Origin: Eledone cirrhosa | Taxonomy: Eukaryota | NCBI GenBank assembly: GCA_964016885.1 | Contig: OZ024766.1 | Coordinates: forward strand, 10,106,001-10,170,000 | DNA: 64,000 nt | Direction of reading: 5' to 3' | Shown here: piece by piece, positions 40,830-56,752 of the stretch | Position numbering within the stretch: the stretch's first letter is position 1 | How the letters are laid out: the number at the start of each line of letters is the position of its first letter | The notes under the pieces: generated by a model | The model's input: only the letters and a program-made list of their open reading frames with translations | The model's database searches: none | What the model was told of the DNA's origin: nothing | Program-made: the position numbers and the translations under genes

Positions 40830-43620
40830 AGATTTACTAAAATTATTTCATTACTGAGACAATAACTTAAATGTAATGTTATATAAAATTGTGTTGAAAG
40901 ATTTTAATTTAAATAGGAATGCTGTATTTTAATTAATTTAGGAAGAATTTAAAGCATTTACTAAAATTATATATTTCATTACTAAAATACTTAATGTAAG
41001 ATCCTTATATAAAGTTATGTTGGAAGATTTTAATTTAAATAGGAACCTTTTAAAATGGGTGATTTTATTTCATGGAATAATTTTGAGGGATTTACTAAAA
41101 TGATTATTTCATTACTAAGATATTAATTTAATGTAAGATTCTTATATAAAATTATGTTGGAAGATTTTAATTTAAATAGGAACCCTTTAAAATGGGTGAT
41201 TTTATTTCATGGAATAATTTTGATGGATTTACTAAAATGATTATTTCATTACTAAGATATTAATTTAATGTAAGGTTCTTATATAAAATTATGTTGGAAG
41301 ATTTTAATTTAAATAGGAACCCTTTAAAATGGGTGATTTTATTTCATGGAATAATTTTGAGGGATTTACTAAAATGATTATTTCATTACTAAGATATTAA
41401 TTTAATGTAAGGTTCTTATATAAAGTTATGTTTGAAGATTTTAATTTAAATAGGAACCCTTTAAAATGGGTGATTTTATTTCATGGAATAATTTTGAGGG
41501 ATTTACTAAAATGATTATTTCATTACTAAGATATTAATTTAATGTAAGGTTCTTATATAAAATTATGTTTGAAGATTTTAATTTAAATAGGAACCCTTTA
41601 AAATGGGTGATTTTATTTCATGGAATAATTTTGAGGGATTTACTAAAATGATTATTTCATTACTAAGATATTAATTTAATGTAAGGTTCTTATATAAAGT
41701 TATGTTTGAAGATTTTAATTTAAATAGGAACCCTTTAAAATGGGTGATTTTATTTCATGGAATAATTTTGATGGATTTACTAAAATGATTATTTCATTAC
41801 TAAGATATTAATTTAATGTAAGGTTCTTATATAAAATTATGTTGGAAGATTTTAATTTAAATAGGAACCCTTTAAAATGGGTGATTTTATTTCATGGAAT
41901 AATTTTGATGGATTTACTAAAATGATTATTTCATTACTAAGATATTAATTTAATGTAAGGTTCTTATATAAAGTTATGTTTGAAGATTTTAATTTAAATA
42001 GGAACCCTTTAAAATGGGTGATTTTATTTCATGGAATAATTTTGATGGATTTACTAAAATGATTATTTCATTACTAAGATATTAATTTAATGTAAGGTTC
42101 TTATATAAAATTATGTTTGAAGATTTTAATTTAAATAGGAACCCTTTAAAATGGGTGATTTTATTTCATGGAATAATTTTGATGGATTTACTAAAATGAT
42201 TATTTCATTACTAAGATATTAATTTAATGTAAGGTTCTTATATAAAATTATGTTGGAAGATTTTAATTTAAATAGGAACCCTTTAAAATGGGTGATTTTA
42301 TTTCATGGAATAATTTTGAGGGATTTACTAAAATGATTATTTCATTACTAAGATATTAATTTAATGTAAGGTTCTTATATAAAGTTATGTTTGAAGATTT
42401 TAATTTAAATAGGAACCCTTTAAAATGGGTGATTTTATTTCATGGAATAATTTTGATGGATTTACTAAAATGATTATTTCATTACTAAGATATTAATTTA
42501 ATGTAAGATTCTTATATAAAATTATGTTGGAAGATTTTAATTTAAATAGGAACCCTTTAAAATGGGTGATTTTATTTCATGGAATAATTTTGATGGATTT
42601 ACTAAAATGATTATTTCATTACTAAGATATTAATTTAATGTAAGGTTCTTATATAAAGTTATGTTTGAAGATTTTAATTTAAATAGGAACCCTTTAAAAT
42701 GGTTGATTTTATTTCATGGAATAATTTTGAGGGATTTACTAAAATGATTATTTCATTACTAAGATATTAATTTAATGTAAGGTTCTTATATAAAATTATG
42801 TTGGAAGATTTTAATTTAAATAGGAACCCTTTAAAATGGGTGATTTTATTTCATGGAATAATTTTGATGGATTTACTAAAATGATTATTTCATTACTAAG
42901 ATATTAATTTAATGTAAGGTTCTTATATAAAGTTATGTTTGAAGATTTTAATTTAAATAGGAACCCTTTAAAATGGTTGATTTTATTTCATGGAATAATT
43001 TTGAGGGATTTACTAAAATGATTATTTCATTACTAAGATATTAATTTAATGTAAGGTTCTTATATAAAATTATGTTGGAAGATTTTAATTTAAATAGGAA
43101 CCCTTTAAAATGGGTGATTTTATTTCATGGAATAATTTTGAGGGATTTACTAAAATGATTATTTCATTACTAAGATATTAATTTAATGTAAGGTTCTTAT
43201 ATAAAATTATGCTGGAAGATTTTAATTTAAATAGGAACCCTTTAAAATGTGAGGTTTTGTGTCATAGAACCAGAGCTGGTTTTACGAAAATATTATTTCA
43301 TTACTAAGACAGTAACTTAATGTAAGGTTCTTATATAAAATTATGTTGGAAGGTTTTAAGTTTAAACTGGAACCATGTATTTCAATTAACGAAGAATTTT
43401 GAGGGATTTACTAAAATTATTTCATTACTAAGATAGTAAGTTAATGTAAGGTTCTTATATAAAATTATGTTGGAAGGTTTTAAGTTTAAACTGGAACCAT
43501 GTATTTCAATTAATTAACGAAGAATTTTGAGGGATTTACTAAAATTATTTCATTACTAAGATAGTAAGTTAATATAAGGTTCTTATATAAAATTATGTTG
43601 GAAGGTTTTAACATAAATGA
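40830..43620. repeat. 137-bp AT-rich satellite (~16 homogeneous units with degenerate edges)
   Basis: tgattatttc at 41101, 41238 and 41375. Confidence 0.95.
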
Positions 43621-43799
43621 GAACCCTTTAATCTTTGCATAACTATATTTATAATTAAAGACACTGTTCCCTGTGGCTTTCCAAATAATATTTTGAATTT
43701 GGAGTGGTTTGATCACATGACTAACTTTCTCATTAAGTGTGAGTGGAACATTTGAGTGTAAGTGGGTATGGTGGGTGTGAAGTGGGACTTGTGGGTGTG

Positions 43800-44498
43800 T
43801 GTGAGATTTTGAATGCGAGTGAGGATTTTGAGTGTAACTGGGTTACTTTTGAGTGTGTGTGACTAGAGTATAACAGTGATTTTTGAGTGCGTCACTTTCA
43901 AGTGTAACTGGGTGACCTTTGAGTGTCAGCATGACTTTTGAGTGTGTGTGACTTTCAAGTGTAACAGGGTGACTTTTGAGTGTGAGCATGACTTTGGAGT
44001 CTAACTGGGTGGCTTTTGATGGTGTTATTTCTTAGTGTGAGTGTAACCTTTGAATGCGAGTGTAACTATTGAGTGTGAGTGTGACTTTTGAGTGTGTGTG
44101 ACTAGAGTATAACTGATTTTTGAGTGCGTGACTTTCAAGTGTAACTGGGTGACTTTTGAGTTTAACTGGGTGACCTTTGAGTGTGTGTGACTTTCAAGTG
44201 TAACTGGGTGACTTTTGAGTGTGAGCATGACTTTGGAGTCTAACTGGGTGGCTTTTGATGGTGTTATTTCTTAGTGTGAGTGTAACCTTTGAATGCGAGT
44301 GTAACTATTGAGTGTGTGTGACTAGAGTATAACTGATTTTTGAGTGCGTGACTTTCAAGTGTAACTGGGTGACCTTTGAGTGTGTGTGACTTTCAAGTGT
44401 AACTGGGTGACTTTTGAGTGTGAGCATGACTTTGGAGTCTAACTGGGTGGCTTTTGATGGTGTTATTTTTTAGTGTGAGTGTAACTATTGAGTGTGAG
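43800..44498. repeat. Degenerate gtgacttttgagtgt repeat with higher-order duplications
   Basis: gagcatgactttggagtctaactgggtggcttttgatgg occurs three times. Confidence 0.85.
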
Positions 44499-44765
44499 AA
44501 TCGCTGATATAAAATGTAATTGTGTTAGTACTCGCATTTTTATTAATTTTTCGAAAACACCTGTAGTTTTAGATACCTGTATATTAGATAAACAAGTTGT
44601 TTCATGAAGTTTCTTACCTGTTTATTAGCTGTAGTAGTGATGTACTAATTAATTTTACCTGGTTCCATACAAGGTGGCAGTGGTGGTGGCGCGTTGGAGG
44701 GGGGGAACCTTCTCTCTCTCTTTTTCTCTCGCTTTCTCTTTCACACACTTACACAACGCACAAGG

Positions 44766-44796
<31 letters not shown>

Positions 44797-44830
44797 TTGT
44801 ATATATATATATTTGTGTAAATATATATTT

Positions 44831-44918
<88 letters not shown>

Positions 44919-45048
44919 CTTTTGCTGAAATATTTCTTGTTTATATAATCATATATTTATATATAAATGTATATATATATATATACACACACATTTACAT
45001 ACACATGTATACACACATCCATATACAATTACACACAAACATATATAT

Positions 45049-45079
<31 letters not shown>

Positions 45080-45193
45080 ATACATATACATACATATATA
45101 TATACATACATGTACATACATATATATGTATATACATATATATATATGTATATATATATATATATGTGGGTGTATAAATGAGTATATATAAGT

Positions 45194-45231
<38 letters not shown>

Positions 45232-45283
45232 GTGTGTGTATAAATGAGTATATATAAGTATATGTGTATATAGATATATATAT

Positions 45284-45531
<248 letters not shown>

Positions 45532-45612
45532 GTATATATATATATATATATATATACACACCTACATATATATAGATACAGATGAATTAGTTTACTGAAC
45601 TATTTGTTTCAG

Positions 45613-45698
45613 GTATGGTCGTTTTTCAGGCATCAACCGTAAGGTCCAGTTCAAATACCAACCCCAAGGCCGGCCTAAAAGGTCTTCAAGTGAAGAGG
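45613..45698 (+). CDS. PPIP5K: PPIP5K exon G1: (M)[28 protein letters not shown]
   Basis: tttgtttcag acceptor, gtgtgt donor; 86 nt, phase 2-1. Matches the recalled [12 protein letters not shown]...SSEE segment. Confidence 0.93.
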
Positions 45699-45817
45699 GT
45701 GTGTAATGAAACCACAACATCACATATGTACACATATATATACACATATATATATATATACACATATATATATATATATATATAAATTTATAAATATATA
45801 TATATATAAATTTATAA

Positions 45818-45862
<45 letters not shown>

Positions 45863-46001
45863 AATTTATATATATGTGTATATATATAATGTATATATAT
45901 ATATTTATGTGTGTATGTATATATGTATGTATGTGTATTTATATGTATATATATGTATATATATTTAAATATCTCTTACCCTGTTTTTCTTTTGATAAAT
46001 A

Positions 46002-46034
<33 letters not shown>

Positions 46035-46070
46035 GTATATGTATATGTATATATGTATATATATATGTAC

Positions 46071-46113
<43 letters not shown>

Positions 46114-46119
46114 TATATT

Positions 46120-46168
<49 letters not shown>

Positions 46169-46232
46169 CATACATATATATATTATATTTATATATATGT
46201 CATACCATCTTTCCCACACAATCTATAGGTGC

Positions 46233-46289
<57 letters not shown>

Positions 46290-46344
46290 TTTATATACAG
46301 TTATATATATACATATATTTATATACATATATATACATATATAC

Positions 46345-46383
<39 letters not shown>

Positions 46384-46668
46384 CTTAATTATATATATAT
46401 GTATATGTCTGTATTTATATAAATAAATATATATATATATGAAGAAGGAAAAAAGAGGAAAATATATTGCTAAAACCTTATTAAATCTACTGGCTTCATT
46501 TCTACGCTCTTCCCACCTTCCCATAATCCCATAGTACCATAGGAGCCTACTATGGTATATGTACATATATATATATAGTGTTGTTTAGTGTAGTTTAACA
46601 TAGTATTTTATAGAGTGCAATAATATATAGTTTAGTGTAGATTGCTGTGGTGTTCAGTTGTCATTTGC

Positions 46669-46708
<40 letters not shown>

Positions 46709-46850
46709 ATGAAGGAGGTGTGGTAAGGAACCAGATGGACCATAACGCACCAGAGTACTCAATACTTAGGGTAGTAGAGTGGGAAATAGACTCAGTCCAG
46801 AAATAGCCGTCGAAACGGCTTGAGCTCTGCCGTGGGGGGTCATACTTTTT

Positions 46851-46907
<57 letters not shown>

Positions 46908-46919
46908 TTAATATAGAAG

Positions 46920-46970
46920 AGATTCTACAGGACTAGAACTGTTTCATTCTTTAGAAATCATCAGGAATCT
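46920..46970 (-). ncRNA. Solo type I hammerhead motif in a Penelope pLTR-like fragment
   Basis: Minus strand: agattc-CTGATGA-tttc taaa gaat-GAAA-cag ttctagtc ctg-TA-gaatct. TATAAATA at 46993-47000 (-). Confidence 0.75.
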
Positions 46971-47515
46971 GGGTATCAAAAAATAAAAATGGTATTTATA
47001 GGTCTCTACAAGTGGTAGGAGAGGGTGGGGAGTGGGATGGGTGTAGGTCATTGGTTGATAGAAAAGGGAATTCACTAAAAGCTAATTCTACAAAGCTATA
47101 GTTTATTTTTATTTATTTATGTTTTTAGAGTAACAAAGGCAGACAGAATTCTATAAACAGGTTCCGGATGGCATACCATTCCTTGTCATTAAGTTTCTCT
47201 TAAGCTAACAGATGTCTATAAGATCAGTGGGGGGTCAGTCATGGTAGATAGAATTAAAGAAAAGGGAGATTCTTTAAAAGCTAAAATCATTAAGGTTCTA
47301 CTAAGTGACAAAGGTTTAGAGAATTCTGTAGACAGATTCAAAATACTGAGTGCATATCTTACAATTATCTTCGAACTTCTCTTATGTAATATATATATGC
47401 ATATACATATACATATATATGTATTACCCACTTTACTACCCTAAGTATCGAGCGCTCTGCTGCATTATGGTCCATCTGGTTCCTTACCACACTTTCTTTG
47501 TATATATAAATATAT

Positions 47516-47551
<36 letters not shown>

Positions 47552-47604
47552 TATACAGCATAGATTAATATAGAGTAGTGCAATTTAGCATGGAGTGTTA
47601 TGAA

Positions 47605-47667
<63 letters not shown>

Positions 47668-47758
47668 AAATAGAAGCTTTTATATTTATTTTATATGGTT
47701 TTATATTTATATATAGCACGTCGTAGCATAGCACAGTATAATATAGTGTTATGGTTTG

Positions 47759-47873
<115 letters not shown>

Positions 47874-48004
47874 TTGTAGTATAGCACTGCGTGACATAGA
47901 ACAGTCTATTTGTATATATATATATATATATATATATATGTTTATATATATATATATATATATAGTGTTGTAGTATAGCACTGCGTGACATAGAACAGTC
48001 TATT

Positions 48005-48076
<72 letters not shown>

Positions 48077-48179
48077 AGCATGGTGTATATAGTATCGTAT
48101 AGTATAGTTTAACATAGTATGGCGTGTATCGTATCTTTTATAGTACAGATCAACGTCTCACACAGTGGCTTTGTTTTGT

Positions 48180-48268
<89 letters not shown>

Positions 48269-48448
48269 TAATGATGTTTCTGTAATAACAATAACAACAA
48301 CAACAACAGCAATATTGAATATTTTGTTTGGAATAATTTTATATTTTTGGTTCTGTTTTTATTTTACAAACAAACCTGTTCTATTTTATCCCTCCATCTT
48401 GTCTTGTGTTTAGGCTTGTCTGTCTGTATATATACATGTCTGTGTATG

Positions 48449-48496
<48 letters not shown>

Positions 48497-48686
48497 TGTA
48501 TGTATGTATGTATGTATGTATGTATGTATGTGTGTATATTTCTATGTATGTATGTATATATGTATGTATACATACATATGTACATATGTGTGTGTATATA
48601 TATTTATATAGATGTATATATTTGAATATATGTATATATTTGTATATATGTATATATTTGTATATATGTATATATTTGTATATATG

Positions 48687-48792
<106 letters not shown>

Positions 48793-49053
48793 TATACATA
48801 TATATATATACATATACATATACATATATATATACATATATATATATACATATATATATACATATATATATACATATATATATACACATATATATACATA
48901 TATATATATATACATATATATATATACATATATATATACATATATATATATACATATACATATATATATATACATATACATATATACATATATATACATA
49001 TATATATATATATATACATATATATATGCATATATAAATATATATATATACGC

Positions 49054-49084
<31 letters not shown>

Positions 49085-49189
49085 TATATATATGCATATA
49101 TATTTATATATGCATATATATATATACATATATATATATAGCCTTGTTGTACTAGTATTTCCTATTTCACATGAGCCCTTGTCCATGTA

Positions 49190-50390
49190 ACTATATTCTT
49201 TTAACCCTCTTCTCTAATCCCTATTTTGTATGACTCCTTTTCCCTGTTACCTTGCTTTGTTAACCCTGTTACCCTGTTTTGTTAACCCTGTTTCAATAAC
49301 CATCTTTTGTTTATTGCTGTCACCTTTATCATGTGTCCCTTTTTACTATGATTCTTTACAATGTTAACCCTTTTATGTGAGCCCTATTCTGTTAAACCTA
49401 TTTCATATTGTTGCTATATCCCTATTACGTTATCACGCCACTTCTCATATAGCCCTTTTTTTGCCCATGCTACTTTACTATGTTAACCCTATGATATGAC
49501 CCCTATACCTATATTATATATACCCCATATGGTGTTAACCCTTTTTTAATATCCCTCTTCTGTTTATTACCATGACACTATATGCTCGCTTTTTTCCCTC
49601 CTGATACTATCGAATGTTAGCCCTGTTCTGTTAACCTCTATGCCTATATCCCCATTATATTAACTCTGTTGCAATATCGGTCTCCTGTTTATTACCTTGG
49701 CAGTTATCGTATACCCCCTCTCGGCCTCCGAGATATTTAACCCTTTGGTATTAGCCCTCTTTTGTTATCCCTATACATATACCCATATTGTGCTGACCCT
49801 TTTTCAAGCCCCCTCTTTTGTTTATGTCTGTGAAACTTATCATATAACCCTTTTTGCTCCTGACTCTTTACAATGTTAACCCTTTTGTGATAGCCCTATT
49901 TCATATGACCCATATAACTCATTATTACATTAACCCTGTTTCAATATCAATCCCCCGTTTATTACCATGACATTTATCTATATCCTCTTTTCACCCCTGA
50001 CACTTCTGTTAACCCTATTTCATATGTCTCCCTATACCTATACTTATATTAACCCTGTTGCAATATCAGTCTCCTGTTTATTACCGTGACTCTTATCATA
50101 TAGCCATGTTTACCCCTCAGACTTTTCACCCTTTTGTTTTAGCCCTATTCTCTTAACTCTATTTTGTTAACCCTCTTCTGTTAGCCCCATTTTGTTAACC
50201 CTATTCTGTTAAACCTATTTTGTTATCCTTACTCTGTTAGCTGTTTTGTTAACCCTATTATGTTAGTCCTATTTTGTTACCCAAATGCTGTTACCCCTAT
50301 TCTGTTAAACCTATTATGTTAGCCCTATTTTATTAACCCTATTTTGTTAGCCCCATTCTGTTAGCCCTATTTTGTTAACCCTATTCTTTT
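49190..50390. repeat. Old degenerate short-period repeat rich in gttaacccta
   Basis: Recurrent ttaaccct/ttagccct, most regular at 50140-50390. Confidence 0.7.
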
Positions 50391-50487
50391 CAGTTTTTCC
50401 TGTTCCTTTTTTTAATTCTTGTTTTTATTCTGTTATAATGATAATTTTACATTTATTTCTTGTATGAGTTTCAGTGAGTGTATATTT

Positions 50488-50554
<67 letters not shown>

Positions 50555-50578
50555 TATATATATATATACATATATAAA

Positions 50579-50648
<70 letters not shown>

Positions 50649-50753
50649 CATATGTGTATCCTTTTTTTCATTTTATTTTAAATAACAATTTTGTGTTTGC
50701 ATATAATCAGAAACCTTCTCCCATCTCTCCACATCTATGTATGTATGTATGTT

Positions 50754-50799
<46 letters not shown>

Positions 50800-50881
50800 T
50801 GTGTGTGGACAAGTGAATGTGTGTGTGTATGTCTATACATTTGTATATATGTGTATCTGTATATATATAAATGGAATAGAA

Positions 50882-52290
50882 TGAAACGAAATTTCATTTC
50901 TCACTCTTAGTACGGCACTTACTTAAATGTAAGTATATATGTATGTATACATACATACATATATGTATACAGACGTACAGTAGTATGTATATATATACAT
51001 ACATGCACACATATATATATGCACGTATCGGTTTACAGAGCATTATAATAAATGTTCGGTAAACCGATACGTGCATATATATATGTGTGCATGTATGTAT
51101 ATATATACATACTACTGTACGTCTGTATACATATATGTATGTACGTATACATACATACATACTTACAAGTATATATATATATGTGTGCATGTATGTATAT
51201 ATATACATACTACTGTACGTCTGTATACATATATGTATGTACGTATACATACATACATACTTACAAGTATATATATATATGTGTGCATGTATGTATATAT
51301 ATACATACTACTGTACGTCTGTATACATATATGTATGTACGTATACATACATACATACTTACATGTATATATATGTGTGCATGTATGTATATATATACAT
51401 ACTACTGTACGTCTATACATATATGTATGTACGTATACATACATACATACTTACATGTATATATATATGTGTGCATGTATGTATATATATACATACTACT
51501 GTACGTCTATACATATATGTATGTACGTATACATACATACATACTTACAAGTATATATATATATGTGTGCATGTATGTATATATATACATACTACTGTAC
51601 GTCTGTATACATATATGTATGAACGTATACATACATACATACTTACATGTATATATATATGTGTGCATGTATGTATATATATACATACTACTGTATGTCT
51701 ATACATATATGTATGTACGTATACATACATACATACTTACATGTATATATATGTGTGCATGTATGTATATATATACATACTACTGTACGTCTGTATACAT
51801 ATATGTATGTACGTATACATACATACATACTTACAAGTATATATATATATGTGTGCATGTATGTATATATATACATACTACTGTACGTCTGTATACATAT
51901 ATGTATGTACGTATACATACATACATACTTACATGTATATATATATGTGTGCATGTATGTATATATATACATACTACTGTACGTCTGTATACATATATGT
52001 ATGTACGTATACATACATACATACTTACATGTATATATATATGTGTGCATGTATGTATATATATACATACTACTGTACGTCTGTATACATATTTGTATGT
52101 ACGTATACATACATACATACTTACATGTATATATATATGTGTGCATGTATGTATATATATACATACTACTGTACGTCTGTATACATATATTTATGTACGT
52201 ATACATACATACTTACATGTATATATATATATGTGTGCATGTATGTACGTATACATACATACATACTTACATGTATATATATATATGTAT
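50882..52290. repeat. Foldback element whose right arm is expanded into a ~94-98-bp tandem array
   Basis: Inverted arms around ~51047. Start gaaacgaaatttcatttctcactcttagtacggc is shared with ~23748. Confidence 0.85.
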
Positions 52291-52444
52291 ATGTATGTGT
52301 GTGTGTGTTTGTGTCTGCGTGAGAGCATATATGTACATGTGTGGGGATGTGTGTGTATATTTGTGTGCTTGTGTATGTCTGTTGGACCAATAAAATCCTT
52401 GTTCAAGTCATACTATTTCAGATACAGTGGGTAGCTTTAAAAAC

Positions 52445-54207
52445 ACACAGTGTACCTAGGACTACATTATCTAATGTGTCCTGTCTTATATACAGACACA
52501 GTCTATCTAGGACTACATTATCTAATGTGTCCTGTCTTATATACAGACACAGTCTATCTAGGACTACATTATCTAATGTGTCCTGTCTTATATACAGACA
52601 CAGTGTATCTAGGACTACAATATCTAATGTGTCCTGTCTTATATACAGACACAGTCTATCTAGGACTACATTATCTAATGTGTCCTGTCTTATATACAGA
52701 CACAGTGTACCTAGGACTACATTATCTAATGTGTCCTGTCTTATATACAGACACAGTGTATCTCGGACTACATTATCTAATGTGTCCTGTCTTATATACA
52801 GACACAGTGTACCTAGGACTACATTATCTAATGTGTCCTGTCTTATATACAGACACAGTCTATCTAGGACTACATTATCTAATGTGTCCTGTCTTATATA
52901 CAGACACAGTGTACCTAGGACTACATTATCTAATGTGTCCTGTCTTATATACAGACACAGTGTATCTCGGACTACATTATCTAATGTGTCCTGTCTTATA
53001 TACAGACACAGTCTACCTAGGACTACATTATCTAATGTGTCCTGTCTTATATACAGACACAGTGTATCTAGGACTACATTATCTAATGTGTCCTGTCTTA
53101 TATACAGACACAGTGTATCTAGGACTACATTATCTAATGTGTCCTGTCTTATATATAGACACAGTGTATCTAGGACTACATTATCTAATGTGTCCTGTCT
53201 TATATACAGACACAGTGTACCTAGGACTACATTATCTAATGTGTCCTGTCTTATATACAGACACAGTGTATCTAGGACTACATTATCTAATGTGTCCTGT
53301 CTTATATACAGACACAGTGTACCTAGGACTACATTATCTAATGTGTCCTGTCTTATATACAGACACAGTGTACCTAGGACTACATTATCTAATGTGTCCT
53401 GTCTTATATACAGACACAGTGTACCTAGGACTACATTATCTAATGTGTCCTGTCTTATATACAGACACAGTGTACCTAGGACTACATTATCTAATGTGTC
53501 CTGTCTTATATACAGATACAGTGTACCTAGGACTACATTATCTAATGTGTCCTGTCTTATATACAGACACAGTCTACCTAGGACTACATTATCTAATGTG
53601 TCCTGTCTTATATACAGACACAGTCTACCTAGGACTACATTATCTAATGTGTCCTGTCTTATATGCAGACACAGTGTATCTAGGACTACATTATCTAATG
53701 TGTCCTGTCTTATATACAGACACAGTGTATCTAGGACTACATTATCTAATGTGTCCTGTCATATATACAGACACGGTATATCTAGGACTACACTATCTAA
53801 TGTGTCCTGTCTTATATACAGACACAGTCTACCTAGGACTACATTATCTAATGTGTCCTGTCTTATATACAGACACAGTGTATCTAGGACTACATTATCT
53901 AATGTGTCCTGTCTTATATACAGACACAGTGTATCTAGGACTATATTATCTAATGTGTCCTGTCTTATATACAGACACAGTCTATCTAGGACTACATTAT
54001 CTAATGTGTCCTGTCTTATATACAGACACAGTCTATCTAGGACTACATTATCTAATGTGTCCTGTCTTATATACAGACACAGTGTATCTAGGACTACATT
54101 ATCTAATGTGTCCTGTCTTATATACAGACACAGTGTATCTAGGACTACATTATCTAATGTGTCCTGTCTTATATACAGACACAGTGTATCTAGGACTACA
54201 TTATCTA
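52445..54207. repeat. 51-bp minisatellite, array 2 (~34 copies)
   Basis: Same unit and orientation as array 1. Confidence 0.97.
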
Positions 54208-54529
54208 CTGTGTAAATTGATATTTTAATGGTGTACACAAGAGAAACCCTATAGTTTATGTTAATTTTTGATACAAGATTTATTCAGTTTAGGATAACAA
54301 TGCAACTGAGTCTCTTTTCTACGCATTTTCGTTAAGGAATATATATATATACACTTTTATACATACATACCTACACATGTACATACATATATACGCATAT
54401 ACATACATATATATATATACATATACATACATACACGTATATATATATATCCATTCACACATTTATACATACATGTTTATATATATACACAAGCACATAA
54501 TCGTGTGTTCACACAAAAACACTTTCATA

Positions 54530-54590
<61 letters not shown>

Positions 54591-54690
54591 CCGTCTATGC
54601 CATGCTAGCGTGGAAGATGGACGTTAAATGATGATGATGATGATGATATATAAATATATGAATATATATTCATACATACTTGTGGGACAT

Positions 54691-55038
54691 GGAGGCACAT
54701 GGCTTAGTGGTTAGAGCATTGGCCTTGCAATCGAAAGGTTGTAAGTTCAATTCTCAGACCAGGTGATGTGTTGTTTCCTTGAGCAAGACACTTTATTTCA
54801 CATTGCTCCAGTTTACTCAGCTGTAGAAATGAGATGATAGGGACTGGGGTCCCTATCATTCCACTGCAAAGTTGTCATGGAGGTGCCACGGCAAAAAAGC
54901 ACCCAGCACTCACTGTAAATGAGGTTGGTGTTAGGAAGGGCATCCAGCTGTAGAAATCAAGCCAGAATCAGTTCCCGTCCCACCCTTGCAAGCAGGGAAA
55001 AAGCGGACGTAAAATGAAATGATGATGATGATGATGAT
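54691..55038 (+). mobile_element. tRNA-derived SINE family 1, full length
   Basis: A/B boxes; 3' part matches the LINE UTR at 31560-31700; (atg)n tail. Confidence 0.88.
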
Positions 55039-55193
55039 ATATTTGTAAAAAAGGAAAAGAATGACTTCACTTGTAGTTCTAAACAAATTGATTTAATTTT
55101 ATAATATTATAATATTTTGAAGGGCGGTGGATTGGCAGTATCGGTAGAGAGTAGGACGCCATGCTTTGCAGCAAAGAGTTACATCCCTTTATG

Positions 55194-55537
55194 ATCATCA
55201 TTTCATCATTTCATTTTACGTTTGCTTTTTCCCTGCTTGCAAGGGTGGGACGGGAACTGATTCTGGCTTGATTTCTACAGCTGGATGCCCTTCCTAACAC
55301 CAACCTCATTTACAGTGTGGGCTGGGTGCTTTTTTGCCGTGGCACCTCCACGACAACTTTGCAGTGGAATGATATGGACCCCAGTCCCTATCATCTCATT
55401 TCTACAGCTGAGTTAACTGGAGCAATGTGAAATAAAGTGTCTTGCTCAAGGAAACTACACATCACCCGGTCTGAGAATTGAACTCACAACCTTTCGATTG
55501 CAAGGCCAATGCTCTAACCACTAAGCCATGTGCCTTC
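55194..55537 (-). mobile_element. tRNA-derived SINE family 1 inserted into a family 2 SINE
   Basis: Inverted copy of 54691-55038. The family 2 head lies at 55122-55195 and its body resumes near 55552. Confidence 0.85.
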
Positions 55538-55717
55538 ACTGTCTGAGTTCAGTCTGAGTTCAAATCCCGCCGAGGTTAACTTTGCCTTTCATCCTCACGG
55601 GGTCGATAAAATAAAGTACCAGTCACACACTGGGGTCGATTTAATCGACTTTCCCCTCCCCCCAAATCACTGGCCTTGTGCCTATATAAGAAACCAATAT
55701 TATAATATTATGAGTAG

Positions 55718-55908
55718 GGCGGGAAATTGGCAGTATCGGTAGAGGGTTGGATGCCATGCTTTCTAGCATAGTTACGTCCCTTTACAGTCTGAGTTCAAAT
55801 CCCACCGAGGTTAACTTTGCCTTTCATCCTTACGGGTGTCGATAAATTAAAGTACCAGTAATGTACCGGATAATTGCTGGCCTTGTGCCTAAAGTAGAAA
55901 CAATTATA
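55718..55908 (+). mobile_element. SINE family 2 copy
   Basis: Colinear with 4428-4620. Confidence 0.8.
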
Positions 55909-55912
55909 TTAC

Positions 55913-56748
55913 TATAATATTATGAGTTGGTAGATCTAGTAAGTTCTTTGTTAACTTCGGTGGGAAGATTTTTAAAGATTCCTGGTTAACTTTCTTTGGA
56001 GAACTTTCTCGCATTAGTCAGTGGCGATTGTCAAACTGTTCTCCAGGAAAGTTAACCAGGAATCTTTAAAAATCTTCCCACCAAAGTTAACAAAGAACTT
56101 ACAAAGAACTTACTAGATCTACCAACTCATAATATTATAATATGAGTTGGTAGATCTAGTAAGTTCTTTGTTAACTTTGGTGGGAAGATTTTTAAAGATT
56201 CCTGGTTAACTTTCTTTGGAGAACTTTCTCTCATTAGTCGGTGGCGATTGTCAAACTGTTCTCCAGGCAGGTTCTCCAGGAAAGTTAGCCAGGAATCTTT
56301 AAAAATTTTCCCACCAAAGTTAACAAAGAACTTACAAAGAACTTACTAGATCTACCAACTCATAATATTATAATATTATGAGTTGGTAGATCTAGTAAGT
56401 TCTTTGTTAACTTCGGTGAGAAGATTTTTAAAGATTCCTGGTTAACTTTCTTTGGAGAACTTTCTCGCACTCATCGGTGGCGATTGTCAAACTGAGATCA
56501 GGTTGTGTTGTGATGTGTGACTCTATATATATATGAGAGGTTTGGATGTGTCTGGGGTGTGGTGTTAATGGGTGTGAGAGTGAAGGAGTGTTCATGAAGA
56601 TTTAAAGGAATTAAAGCAGACACACACTATATACAATATATATATACACACAGAAAATAGTAAATGTTGGAAGCAAGATAATGGGATGGGAGTGCTGTAG
56701 AAAGGGGCTGTAAAAGAACTTACTAGATCTACCAACTCATAATATTAT
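55913..56748. repeat. Tandemly repeated foldback units
   Basis: atgagttggtagatctagtaagttctttg alternates with its reverse complement, three pairs. Confidence 0.88.
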
Positions 56749-56752
56749 AAAA

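Noticed and set aside
47216-47431. GIY-YIG C-terminus upstream of the 46920 hammerhead
   Set aside because: Only a vague resemblance by eye; not callable without a profile search.
49190-50390. Interstitial telomere
   Set aside because: TAACCC occurs singly within longer degenerate units, not as (TTAGGG)n.
52422-52430. 9-nt microexon ATACAGTGG after G1
   Set aside because: In phase, but the donor (gtagct) is weak and there is no other support.
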